This document shows, one piece after another, positions 51,999 to 64,000 of a stretch of 64,000 nt of DNA (position 1 is its first letter; the number at the start of each line of letters is the position of its first letter). The stretch is from Octopus sinensis (Eukaryota). The position numbers and the translations under genes were made by a program. Location of the stretch: NCBI RefSeq assembly GCF_006345805.1, contig NC_043006.1, positions 53,630,001-53,694,000 on the forward strand. Reading direction: 5' to 3'. The notes under the pieces were generated by a model. It ran no database searches. It saw only the letters and a program-made list of their open reading frames with translations, and had not been told where the DNA came from.

Positions 51999-53603
51999 AT
52001 CATTACTTTAAAATCATGGAGTGAAAGAAAGTGCATTAAACTATACTTAGATTCATACTTCTATATTCTGAAATAGAATCAAAGTCTCATATATTAAACT
52101 GATCTTATCATTAATTAATTTATTCTGGTCATATATGTTTTTTCCTTCTAATTTCAGTCATTTTTGAAATTTTGATTTTTGATTTAAGGTTTGCTTCAAT
52201 CTCACATAATATGATTTTAAACCTATCATCATTGGTTAATAAAAAAGCTTTAGTCAGAAGGACCAATGAAAAGAAACCAATTTCAAATGTGTATCTGTCA
52301 ATGTAAATTGTATATTTTATACATCATCATCATCGTTTAACATCTGCTTTCCATGCTAGCATGGGTTGGACGATTTGATTGAGGACGGGCGAAGCAGATG
52401 GCTGCACTAGGCTCCAATCTGATCTGGCAGAGTTTATACAGCTGGATGATGCCCTTCCTAATGCCAACCACTCTGAGAGTGTAGTGGGTGCTTTTACGTG
52501 CAACCAGCACAAGGGCCAGTCAGGCTCAGATGGTGTTTTTTACATACCACCTGCACAGGAGCCAGTCCAGTGGCACTGGCAACGACCTCGCTTGAATGCT
52601 TTTTCATGTGCCACCGGCACAAGTGCCAGTAAGGCAACGCTGGTAACTATTAGTAAGGCAACACTGGTTACAAACTTTATTTCGTTCTATTCTCAATCTA
52701 AACTGTCTGACGAACAGGAACATGAAACTCTGAATATCAGTTTTTTTGTAATATTTTTGCAGTTTTAATAATAATAAAGTACATATATATATATATACTC
52801 ACATACATACTTAAGACTGCACATGTGTATTATGAGTGTGTATATGTATATTTGTACATGTATAAAAGATTTAAATCTTTGTGGTACATATAGGTCAATA
52901 GAATGAGTAGAGAAATATTTGGCACAAATCAACATGGAATTAATACTGTTTACATTTGGTTTATTCTAATCAATTTCTCTGATCTATTGCAAAAATATTT
53001 AAAAGTAATTAAGCTATATAATTAATAATATATTTTCCCCTCTATAGTGTAATTAAATTATATTAATTTGCTCAAGTTATTTTAAGTAGTAAATTCTTGA
53101 AGAAACCTATGGAAATATAATTATTATTAATATTTCTATTACGCTTTGGCTTTGCTTTAATTATATAAGTTACACTTAAGCCTCAACTAGAAACATCGAC
53201 ACTAACAGGTGAGGTTCCATGCAATCATTTCATCCGTCATTATGTTCTGAGTTCATATTCTGCCAAGGTTGACTTTGCCTTTCATCCTTTTGGGGCATAC
53301 CAGTTGATTAGTGATGTTGATGTAATTGACTTACCCACTACCCTGAAAATGCTGGCCTTGTGCTAAAATTGGTGACCACTATTATTATTATTAAGGACGC
53401 AAGTTGGCAGAATGCTTAGCACACAGGACAAAATGCTTAGCAGTATTTTGTCTGTCTTTACATTCTGAGTTCAACATTGCCTTTCATCCTTTCAGAGCTG
53501 TTAAAACAAGTACCAGGGTCAAGGTAATTGTCCATTCCCTCCCCTCAAATTTCAGGCCTTGTACCTATAGTAGAAAGGATTTCATCATTATTATTATTAT
53601 CAT

Positions 53604-54190
53604 TAAGTGAGAGAGCAGTGCATGCCATCAAAGTGATACTGGGGTAAAATATACGAAGCCCAGTATATCCACCATGACTACCTATCTGATAAGGGTACAC
53701 CAGGCACATGCATCACAACTATATGTGTGTGACATGGTGATTTCATATCAAGATAAACAGCACATGACCTTGCAGGTGGGGCCCAGTTAGAATTTTCTTC
53801 TGGTCGAGTAGCCCATCCCACTCAAAAGGTCCCTGAATAAGGATTGTTTAAGGATGTTGAACAAACCACCCATGTTTCCAAAGGTGAATTACCCAAACCT
53901 CCAAGAATTCCTTGCAACACACGGCTATGATACTCCCCCACTACTTCTACTTGTGATCAGAGATACACATATTGTCAGCCACTAAGGGACATGGTCAACT
54001 GGTTAAGGTCAAACAACTGACAAGCAAATTTGTGGTATTGAGCAGAATATTTGCTGTAGCCCATCTTTTATACCAAGACAAAACAATGTACATGATAACA
54101 CTTCCAATCAGTTAAGATCAGAAGCCACTGCTTGGTACTGCATCAGGGCATATGACAAAACAATGTACATGATAACACTTCCAATCAGTT
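53604..54190. mobile_element. Second copy of the ~550-bp (ATT)n-embedded repeat, with a terminal 37-bp internal duplication
   Basis: Colinear with 5729-6280; 54077-54113 is repeated at 54154-54190. Confidence 0.75.
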
Positions 54191-54882
54191 TATTATTATT
54201 ATTATCATTATTATTATTATACATACCAAGTATACCTTTCATCATTACGAAGTTGATAAAGTATAGTATCAAGGTATTAGAGTTGATTTAACCAACTAAA
54301 CCCTTCTCCCAAATTTCAGGTTTTGTGTTTATATCAGAAATGATTATTATCATTCTTAACATCAAGAATGGTGAGTGGTGGAATAGGTAGAGCATTGGAC
54401 AAACTAACTGGTGATATTTAGTTACAGTAGAATTTTACCAAGACCGTGTTGTCTCCCTGACCTCTAAGTCTGTGGAGCAAAACTGAATGATACTTCCCCA
54501 AACAAAGGCCTAAATTCAACTTTCAATGGTCCATCCCCTTTTATTAAAAACAATAATAAAAATTAAAATTAGGGCTTAGAGAAGAAAGGGTAGCCCAATG
54601 ACTTTTTCTTTTCCAGGGGCTCAGCAACTGGTGGAATGAAGAGAAGAAATCATCCTCAAACTGGAGAACTGGGCCCAAATGCTTGCAACAGAGTGGCCTA
54701 TACAAAAAACACCCAAGGACCTGGTTCAACACTGCCAATGATAGTGATGTTTAACCAGACGACAGATTAAGTCACCCCTATTCCTTCAACATACACAAAA
54801 AAGAAACGGCTCTTCCGACAGACTTCCACATGATCAAAGGCATTCCATGGCCATCATGTACTTGGGGACTGGGAAAAGCTTA

Positions 54883-57749
54883 TGTAATATGAGGAACTGT
54901 AGGCGATCATGGACCACACCCCATTTGGGATTTTTTTTTTCTTTTACAGAAACACACTATATTGAGGGTGCGGTCCATGATTTTTACCTCCACCAAACTG
55001 TAATATGAGGAACAAAGTGTGATTCATCTACCTCTCAGGTTTCCTTTCAGTATTGACTGTCCAATTGGGTTAACCTATTGCTAGAACTTACGGCAAATTC
55101 GCTTTCCAGCTTGCACGTCTACATGCATCAGTCTGTTCCCACTGCCCAAGGCTAAAGAGGCCCATACTGGTCCTATTTCTGCTCACTTGACTTAACTCAC
55201 TCCTCCTCAACCAGTAGGGCCCCTCAGCCATTGACATCACTGACCCTCCTCCCAGTTTACCTCATTTCCACATGCCCCCCACTTATCTCAGAAATCACCT
55301 CCTCACTTCATCTGCCATCCACCTTGGTGGATGTCTCATTCGCTGTGATCTCTGCAAGGATGAAATTCCACTCACTTCCTCTCCCTTCATTGTCCGACAA
55401 AGCAACAATTCTGCAAACATCCAAGACATGACACAGCATTCCATCTACAGAGACATTATTTTTGGAACTAACAACCATTACTGTCCCTCTATTCCACTGA
55501 GATGTGCAGCATGCCTTTGGGGACTTGACCCAAACTTTACTTGTTACATGCATGAAGGAAGGCTCTCTCACTTGCACAGGGTATTGTGATGCTGTATACA
55601 GGTGTTACCATTCATACCTAAACATTGTTCTGTGTGACACTGACTCCTTGGCCTGTCCTGATCAGGGTGACATATTGTACCAAAATACTCTCTCTACCAT
55701 GGCCTTGATTGTGCGATGACATCTTTCCATGATCTCATTTCCACTCAGCCTGTATGCCATACTGAAGAAGTGCTGCACATTCCACTTATCAAGCATCTCT
55801 TTCAGTATCTATGAATGAAATGCAGTGCTGTTGTCCATCAGCAATTCGTCCACAGGGCCCTTTTTCCAGGATATCAGCAACTTCATCCACAGTGCCCATC
55901 TTAATTTCCCTTCATATCACCATCCAACCTGATCCAGTCAACCATTAAGAGATATGTCTCCTGCTGGTAGTGTGTCACATCCACTGTCAATCATCTCCAA
56001 TTGTGCTCTACTGAGATGTTTCCATCTCATGCACACTCTGAGCAGGGTCAATGAATTAACACCTGTCACAGCCCCCAACCACTTTTTGAATGCTCTGCTT
56101 AGTAATATTGGAGTCAACCTTCCTGGCAAGATACAGGGTTTTATCCACACCCATATGATGCATAGTATGCAGACTCCTTAGTTCTAAGTCACTTAGCCGA
56201 TACACTGCAGCTATTACCCACATTGAATCATCCAGCACTGCCAACCAGGCCTTTTTCAGCCTGGTTAGAATGTCTGCCTTATTCTTTTTCAAGGGCACAA
56301 AGACCATGCTCAGCTTCAAACCAAATTCAGCAGTTAGCTCTCCCAGAGCCCCTAGGCAGCACTTTACTAACATCTCTGCAGTCCATCTCGTTTGAACTCT
56401 CCTTTCATCAGTGATCATTGATTCTAACCATCCAAGCACAGTAGCTGAATTAGTTCAGATTTTGAGAGAGCGCAGCCCCCATCTCAGGGCCAGATTCACC
56501 CACTTCAGCACAGCATCCAACTCAGCCACATTAATGTGGTTGTAAGCATCTGCTTTTCAGAGCCAATTTCCAGGACAACCCCTATAGCGATGCTGCTAGT
56601 ATTGCACCATATGGTCCTGTTCTCCAATTTGGGCAGATACCAGCTTCATCTTACCTTCTCTAGGATCTCCTGTATCACTGCCACTGTCCTCTCCCATTTA
56701 TCTCCCCACCTCACCCTATTCACTCATCTCTTGACATAGCTGCATGCTGTTCAAAGCCACCCCACAATTAGATAGTGACCCACTAGTCTTCCACACATTG
56801 AGAATAGTTCTCATCTGTTGATGCTGGTGCCCAGTTCCAGAATCCCACTTCTTCTCTGAAACACCAATAAGCCAGTTTTGTCTCTTTGAAGCTTGAGCCC
56901 CAGTGCAGCTCCTCCAACCATTGGCTCCAGTGGTTTTACAGTCAGCCCTAACTTCATTAGGTGACCAATGACCTCTGCAGCAGACACTACAGTCTCATCT
57001 ATATAGGAACTGGTGGCCCTTTTTCACCTTGTCCACCTTTCCCAGGATAGGTTTGGGCACTGTTGCCATCATCTTTGGTGTAGAAATCAGCCCTAAATCC
57101 AGCCTAGTTAAACAGTTTGTGTAGCCCTTATCTCACGCCAGCTGATACTTCCACAATTTTTCCTGCATGTGTAGCTGCAGATGTGCTGACTTTAAGTTTC
57201 TCTCCTCATTTTTCATCGATCATTGCATGATGCCATAGGCTTCCACAGTTGCCATTGCCACTGCATTCCACCCAGTGTTTTGCATCAACACACAGGCTTG
57301 AGAGACGAGTTCGCTCATCACCATCTTCTGGCTGTACAGCAGTAGTTGCAGCCACAGCGATATGTTGCCAGAAAAACCATTTACGAAAGCCAACCGTATC
57401 ATCTTTTCTAGTCCTTCTCCGTTAAGACCAGATAGCATGGCTAGCCTCCGAATTTCTTCAGCATACATGTCCACCTGACCATTCCTAGCTTGATCCATCT
57501 GTAAAGGCTTCCTTTAAGCGCTGCTCAATCTTCTCTGCATCCAGCTGGGCTGTTTCATCCATTGCGAGGTACAGCACCAATGCGTTTCCCTCCAGATACA
57601 GACCCATGAGATTTGCTACAGCTTCAATGCTTTGCACGCTGGCCACCTCCTTGATCTTCCGAATGCAAGCGATAACACCTCCTTCGTCACAGAAAGGTCT
57701 GATGGGCTCGCTAGTGATCCTTACTTTTGTTGGCATCATGAGAGAGGAG

Positions 57750-57782
<33 letters not shown>

Positions 57783-58066
57783 CACGAGTTCCGAAATAGC
57801 TAGTAATATGCAATTCATCTCCCTCTCCGGTTCCCTATCGATGTCGATTGTCCAACTGAGTTAAATCTGAGATGCGCCCTACGCGTCTAACCTATCGCTA
57901 AAACCTACGTCTACACGCGTCCGTACGCCACCACTGCCCGAATGGAAAGAGGCCCACGCTAGTCCTACTTCCGTTCACTTGATTTCGCTCACTCCTCCTC
58001 TTCCGATAGGGCCCCACAGCCATTGACGTCACTGACCCTTTCCTCCCGGTTCACCTCATCTCCACA
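54883..58066 (-). mobile_element. Decayed Ty3/gypsy LTR retrotransposon (element 2; same lineage as element 1, different family)
   Basis: LTRs at 54883/54999-55272 and 57802-58066, PPT AGATAAGTGGGGGGCA, imperfect TSD GCTTA/GCGTA. The gag remnant (KVRITSEPIRPF...LYLEGNAL) aligns to element 1 gag, and RT-C, RNase H and IN remnants follow. A large deletion near 57200 removed the gag C-terminus, PR and RT-N. Confidence 0.9.
57791..57801 (-). promoter_or_regulatory. Non-canonical PBS AGCTATTTCGG of element 2
   Basis: Plus strand CCGAAATAGCT abuts the 5' LTR start (57802); identical to 11 nt of the element 1 motif. Confidence 0.65.
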
Positions 58067-58965
58067 GCGTATCAAAGACTACATTAGAGTACCCTTTCTG
58101 TTTTTAAAGCAGTAAGGCATGATTTGAGATGGGTTCGGTTGATCTTTCGAGCGGCCACACATGTGTAAATATAAGAAACAGGTTTATGACCTTCGAGGTA
58201 CTGACACGCTTCTTAGTTAACACTAGATGTAGTAAACACAGGAAAGAACTTACATAACATTTTGTATAACCTCCAATTAACGAAAGAGCCTATACACTGT
58301 CGTTCGACCTGCAAGAAATAGGAACCAAATCTCCCACAAATAACACTCTGGAGAAGAACTTATTAATTAAGATATAAGTTCATATGCTTCATTAGAGTCG
58401 ACCAGGTTCTAGAAAAAAACTCTGTAAAGAGATATGTACATTCCAGAAACATTAATGTGTGTGTATATATATATATAAACCGAAAGTTTTGGTTAGGGGG
58501 CCAGACGATTAGATCGACCCCCCAGTACGCAACTGGTACTTAATTTATCGACCCCGAAAGGATGAAAGGCAAAGTTATATGCATGCATAAATGTTTATAT
58601 GCATGTATGAATATAAACAGACCACATTATTTGGTAAATGCCTCACCGAATACACCTGACACCAGTTAAGTAATATGAAAACAGAGGAAGGTAAAGAAAA
58701 ATTCAGAATGGAATATAAACTAGAGAATTGTTGTTCAGCTTCAAGTAACTTTCGTTGATCAGAGGTATTTCAGCCATGACCATCTCTTTTTATCCACTGG
58801 GTCCTTTTCTTTCCCAAGAGAATAGAGTGTGGTTTGCGAGGGTGGCTTGGCAGCTCTTTCTAGCAAATCAAGCAACTACCCAGAGGCTCCTACGTTGGCC
58901 TGGAATCCTCTCACCTTCATGTATCGTTGAAAGTATGATACGATTCCCTAAACACACGCATTCAC

Positions 58966-59040
<75 letters not shown>

Positions 59041-59122
59041 ATACATACATGCATGCATGCATACATATATAACGTGTACGATCAACAACAACAATAATAA
59101 TTAAAAGAAACTTCTCACTCAC

Positions 59123-59140
59123 ATCACAAGTGTAAGACAT
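59123..59140 (-). CDS. Candidate first coding exon MSYTCD (possible distal alternative UROD exon 1)
   Basis: GCCGGCATG start, GAT|GTGAGT donor, phase 0. Eight CpGs lie in the ~105 nt upstream. No transcript evidence. Confidence 0.45.
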
Positions 59141-60116
59141 GCCGGCTGCTTTTAAGTTGCTCCGTAACGACGGTGTCAAGTAAATAGATATTCCTACTGC
59201 TAAATATATCCGGATTTGCGGTTCGAGCAATGAAATTCTTCGAAAACAAGTAACAATTTCAAATTATCCTATCAAAATATTTATTTATAGCACTTTATTC
59301 CTGCAGCATTGTTAGTATGAGTAGCAGTAATTGTTGTGTTGTTGCTGGTGGTGGTGGTGGTGGTAATGGGTCATATGAAATTGATTTCAGATCACCAGGA
59401 GGTAAGTTGAAAATAGAGGTATATTCACTTAGTAAACAATTTTATTGACAGCCACATGACACTGAAATCCCAGGAAACTAATGATAGTCTTCGTCATCAA
59501 AAATATATCCATGGGCAGTGGTGTAGCTTGTACGTGTACCGACTGGGGGGCAGCGCTTGAGTTTTACCCCACCCAGGGCGCCAAACCCATACAACTTTAT
59601 ATGGTAGGTCTAAAAGTACCGTCTGGGGTGGGCCGTCCTCAGGCTCCACCCTCCCCTAGCTATGTTACCATCCCAAGGTGAGTCTAGAAGAGTTTGCTAA
59701 GTTTAATTGCCCAAAATATTACATTCTTCACGTAATCTTACAATGAGCTTATCAAACTAAGATACTGAAATTAGTACTGCAATAAAGGTACTACAATTAG
59801 TACTACAGTCCATAAGAGAGTTCATAGATAACACAGTGGGACAAGTTTTTAAAAAAAACAAAAGAAACAGTATTAACGTTTCGGACATAAATATTTCATC
59901 AGAAAAAAGTCAAAAACAAAAGGAGAGTGAGAAAGAGGAACAGACAGTGAAAGAAGAAAAAAACGGGCGAGGGGTTAGGGGCCAGGTGGGAATGTGGTCC
60001 TAGGGGGCAAGTTGAGAAGAGAGTTGGGGCTGAATGTGTATGAGTAAGTGTAAGAGTGTATTTGTATATGGAGATGCGCATATCGGAGGAGTGGTGTGTG
60101 TGTGTGTGTGTGTGTT

Positions 60117-60147
<31 letters not shown>

Positions 60148-60904
60148 GTGCGTGTGTGTGTGTGTGTGTTGGTTGGGTGTAAGTATGTAGAAGTGTGCAA
60201 GTTCAGAAATACGGTAGCGTAGGTTAATGAGGTAGGAAGGTGTTGATGTGTGAGTGTGTGTATGAGAGAGAGAGGGGGGAGCATGGATGAGAGGAGATAG
60301 AAACGGTTGTGAGTGTGAGATAAAAGGAATGTGGAGTGTGTAGTGGATGTGTGCACAAGGGTATGAATGTGAGATGATTTTACTTAGATCGAAGGTATAA
60401 ATTAAAAGAAGCGAAATGAAAGAAAAAGCACGAGTCCTAGGAGAGGAGAGAAGCCAGATAAAAATTAATTACAAAACACCGGTAAAAAGCAAAAAGAAAG
60501 CAAAGGAAGAGAAAAATTGCAAGTTCTGGCAGAGAGAAAAATGTGACAAACTATAGAATCAGCATTCGCCCTCCCCACTCCCCCCAAAAAATACCCTTAA
60601 AAAAAGTTTTTGTTTTCGACACAACCCCACCCCCTTTTCGGCTACGTGGAATACGAATCTGCAAAAAAATTAGCAAAAATCGACATTTCTAAATTACCAC
60701 CCCATTTCCTTCAATTTTAACTTTTTTCACAATTTTTTTTTCAAAATATGCGGAAAAATACGGAGATTATGATTCTGAAAAAAATTTTCAAAAGTCTTTG
60801 TAAAATTTTTTTTTAGGATTTTTTTTTTTTCTAAATATGCGGAAAAATACGGACATCATAATTCGGACAAAAGTTTCTAAATATTTCTGTACTTACGGTT
60901 ACGG

Positions 60905-61090
60905 TTTTAGGGTTAGGGTTAGGGTAAGGGTTAGGATTTTAGGGTTAGGGTTTTAAGTTTAGGGTTTTAGGGTTAGGGTTTTAGGGTTAGGGTTAGGGTT
61001 TTAGGGTAAGGGTTAGGGTTTTAGGGTTAGTGTTGGGAAAAAAAGTCAAAATTGAAGAAGTTGGGGGAAAAGGGGGTTAGGGTTAGGGTT
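60905..61090 (+). repeat. Interstitial telomere-like array (TTAGGG mixed with TTTTAGGG)
   Basis: About 19 units at 60905-61032 plus 2 units at 61077-61088. Confidence 0.92.
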
Positions 61091-62479
61091 ATTGATTGTA
61101 AAATCTTGAATTTAGCTTTATTTGTCATGTTATGACGTGCTTACGATTCGAAAGAAGGGAAAAATAGCGCTATATATGTATGCCAAGGACCAGAAACTTT
61201 AATATCTTTATAACCTTTAAGATATTTGTAATATGTAGAAAAACTATCATATGTGCATGCTTTACACATTGCCTTCTCTGAAGTAAATTCAAAACTTTCA
61301 AATCCGTTTCAACTAAACTTAATCTAGAAGATATAGTGCCCCCTATAATACCTGACCATTAGGAGCACATCACATGTTTATTCTAGAATTGTTTTTGCGT
61401 TAAATATTATTTCGATTTCTGTTTTATTGAATCTTTAGAACTGGTCTAACAAAATTTAGGGCCTCCTGAATAAATCTTGATTGACGGATAATATTCTTGA
61501 ATATCAAACTATAGAAATCACTATTTTTTTTTTTATTCTTTAGGTTTAAACTACCTTACTACAGTCTGTGCATTATTCGATAGTAATAAAGATGAGTTTA
61601 TACTTTTGAGATTATTTTATCGAGCATACGCTTGTTTATTTCTCTTTTTTACTGTTAGTCTAAGTAAGATTAATTCACCATAATTATTGGTTTCTGCTGG
61701 AAATAATCTTCATTGTCTTGAAACATGAAATGCTGTGCCACTGATAGTTAGGGTTCAACTTAATGTCAATATTCAGTACCATAGCAATTTCCTTTCCTTA
61801 TTTTATTGATTAATATCTTCATCCTTTCGGAGTCAACTTACCCTCTCGTAATCGATTTACCCACTCCCCCAAATTGTTGGCCTTGTGCCAAAATCAGAAA
61901 CCAATGGTAATTTTCTTTCTTTATGTATTGGCTTCGTTAATATTTCTTTTCTTGCTAAGGCGGCGAGCTGGCAGAATCACTAGCACACCGAGCAAAACGC
62001 TTAACGGCAATTCACGTTCTCAGTTCAAATTCCGCTGAGGTCGACTTTGCCTTTCATCCTTTCGGATTCGATAAAATAAGTACAGTTGAACCCCGGAGTC
62101 GATGCAATCGACTTACTCCTCCCTGAAACTGCTGGCCTTGTGCCAAAATTTGAAGCCAATATTTTATTTCTGTGTTACTCCGTGACTAAATTTTGAAATA
62201 TGGTATTTATAGCGGTATTAATTTTATTATTTTCAATTAACAAATATTTCCACCTAAATTTATTTGAAACAATGAATTGGCGAACGTACGGTTACATAAT
62301 TTTACTACAAAGTCAGTTTCATCATATATTTTGTCAAAATTATGTATCCGCAATCCTAATCTTTTAAGAGTTGTTCGTTTACTGTACAAGTTGTCGACAT
62401 GATATGGAGATATATTTGTCGATGTGACAATGCGTTACTTCAACAATATTTACAATTGTTTGTAGAAAAAAGTTAGCCA

Positions 62480-63160
62480 TGCACATTAGAAGAAGGCTGA
62501 TGGTGTCTTGGCATCACTCACCAAGTCCTTTGTGAGCCGCTCTCCGGCTATCTATCTGCGGTTTTATATAGCTATGGTGAGACCTCACCTGGAATTTGCA
62601 TCACCGATCTGGAACCCCTATCTTGCCCAGGATATTAATCACCTGGAAGCCGTTCAGCAACGTGCAACCAAGAGAATACCCTCCATCAGGCATTTGCCAT
62701 TTTCTGAACGCCCTACTTTCCTGGGCATGAATACATTGAACCTCCGACGTCTGGCAGCTGACTTGGCAGACACCCATAAAATTATTAACCCCATCTTACA
62801 AACAATAACTCTGAGCACCTTTTCAAACTCCATCAGTCTAACACCCGTGGACATGTTTACAAAGTCAGAAAACAGCACAGCTCCCATGACTTTCAGAAAC
62901 ATATTTTCACGCTATGAGTTGCTGAAGCATGGAACAAACTGCCGGCATCAGTTGTTAGTTGTTGGAGCACTGCATCCTTCATAACTTCCATGCTTCTTGA
63001 GATTCGCCAACACTACACCTGATTTTTTTCCCCTCCATACACACGCAAGCATGTATCTGACTCATACACTGTTCACTTTCCAGACATTTGTACATTACTG
63101 CATATGCTTTATATGCACTTTTGACAAGTTGTGGTGTACCTGAGCACTATATACAATAAT
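62480..63160 (+). mobile_element. CR1-group LINE, 5'-truncated (ORF2 C-terminus plus 3' UTR)
   Basis: FYIAMVRPHLEFASPIWNPY...LEAVQQRATKRIP...LRRLAADL is a typical CR1 ORF2 C-terminal motif set; frameshifted. Confidence 0.88.
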
Positions 63161-63913
63161 TGCGTAGCCGTATTTCGTCTGCCGTTACGTTCTGAGTTCA
63201 AATTCCGCCCAGGTCCACTTTGCCTTTCATCCTTTCGGGGTCGATAATTTAAGTACCAGTTACGCACTGGGGTCGATGTAATCGATTTAATCAGTTTGTC
63301 TGTCCTTTTTTGCCCCCTCTATGTTTAGCCCATTGTGGGTAATAAAGAAACGGGTATATACAATAATTTTATTATTATTATGCAGTGAACATAACACTGG
63401 TTAGTGAAGTGAATTAAATAGCAAAGACTAACTGCTACCTATATACACCTATTATTCTCAAAAAATCATAGAAGCAGTCATTATTCCGAAACATAAGATT
63501 GTGTGAAAAATGACCTTAAGGGGGTTTCTTATTACAAAAGTAGCACTGGGTGGTACTCTTCGCTGTTGGTAGCAGGAATTTTGCTGTTATCGATTTCCTT
63601 ATTAATTATTAATTATCATCATCTTCATCACCACTACTACTATCATCATCATCATCATCATCATCATCATTATCATCATCGTTGTTGGTGTTATTATTAA
63701 GGCGGCGAGCTGACAGAATCGTTAGTACGCTGAGCAAAATGCTAAGCGACATTTCATCTGTCTGCTTGTTCTGAGTTCAAATTCCTAAAGAGGTCGATTT
63801 TGCCTTTCATCCTTTTTGGGTCGATAAATTAAGTACCAGTGAAACACTGGGGCTGACGTACTCGGCTAGTCCCTTCCCCCAAAATTTCAGGCCTTGTGCT
63901 TTTAGTAGAAAGG

Positions 63914-63981
<68 letters not shown>

Positions 63982-64000
63982 CATCATTGCCTTTGCACAG

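Noticed and set aside
60905-61090. True chromosome end
   Set aside because: The array is short and degenerate, and ordinary sequence continues 3 kb beyond it.

Overview
AT-rich, repeat-dense eukaryotic DNA. The SINE/LINE repertoire and TTAGGG repeats suggest a mollusc, probably Octopus (inference). Two host genes can be built with canonical splice sites. The first is a VMAC-like coiled-coil gene (+ strand, CDS exons 8125-8352 and 22432-22794, 196 aa). The second is uroporphyrinogen decarboxylase UROD (- strand, 10 coding exons 49679->36425, 365 aa), with a possible second first exon at 59123-59140. The VMAC intron holds a compact, recent Ty3/gypsy LTR retrotransposon (9056-13201; 278-bp LTRs, 5 mismatches, CTTGT target duplication). 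A related but distinct decayed element lies at 54883-58066. Main observation: neither element has a canonical TGG primer-binding site. Both carry AGCTATTTCGG(C) flush against the 5' LTR, which is complementary to nt 1-12 of metazoan tRNA-Phe(GAA), suggesting priming by a short 5' tRNA fragment. Second observation: the proximal UROD first exon and promoter sit between ~190-bp near-identical inverted repeats, and a CpG-decay gradient supports an upstream transcription start. The rest is SINEs, LINE 3' ends, a decayed mariner, MITEs/hairpins, non-autonomous Helitron/Helentron-like elements, a tRNA-Glu pseudogene, an interstitial telomere-like array and microsatellites. Most short ORFs in the supplied track are spurious. 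All alignments and counts were done by eye; no database searches were run.
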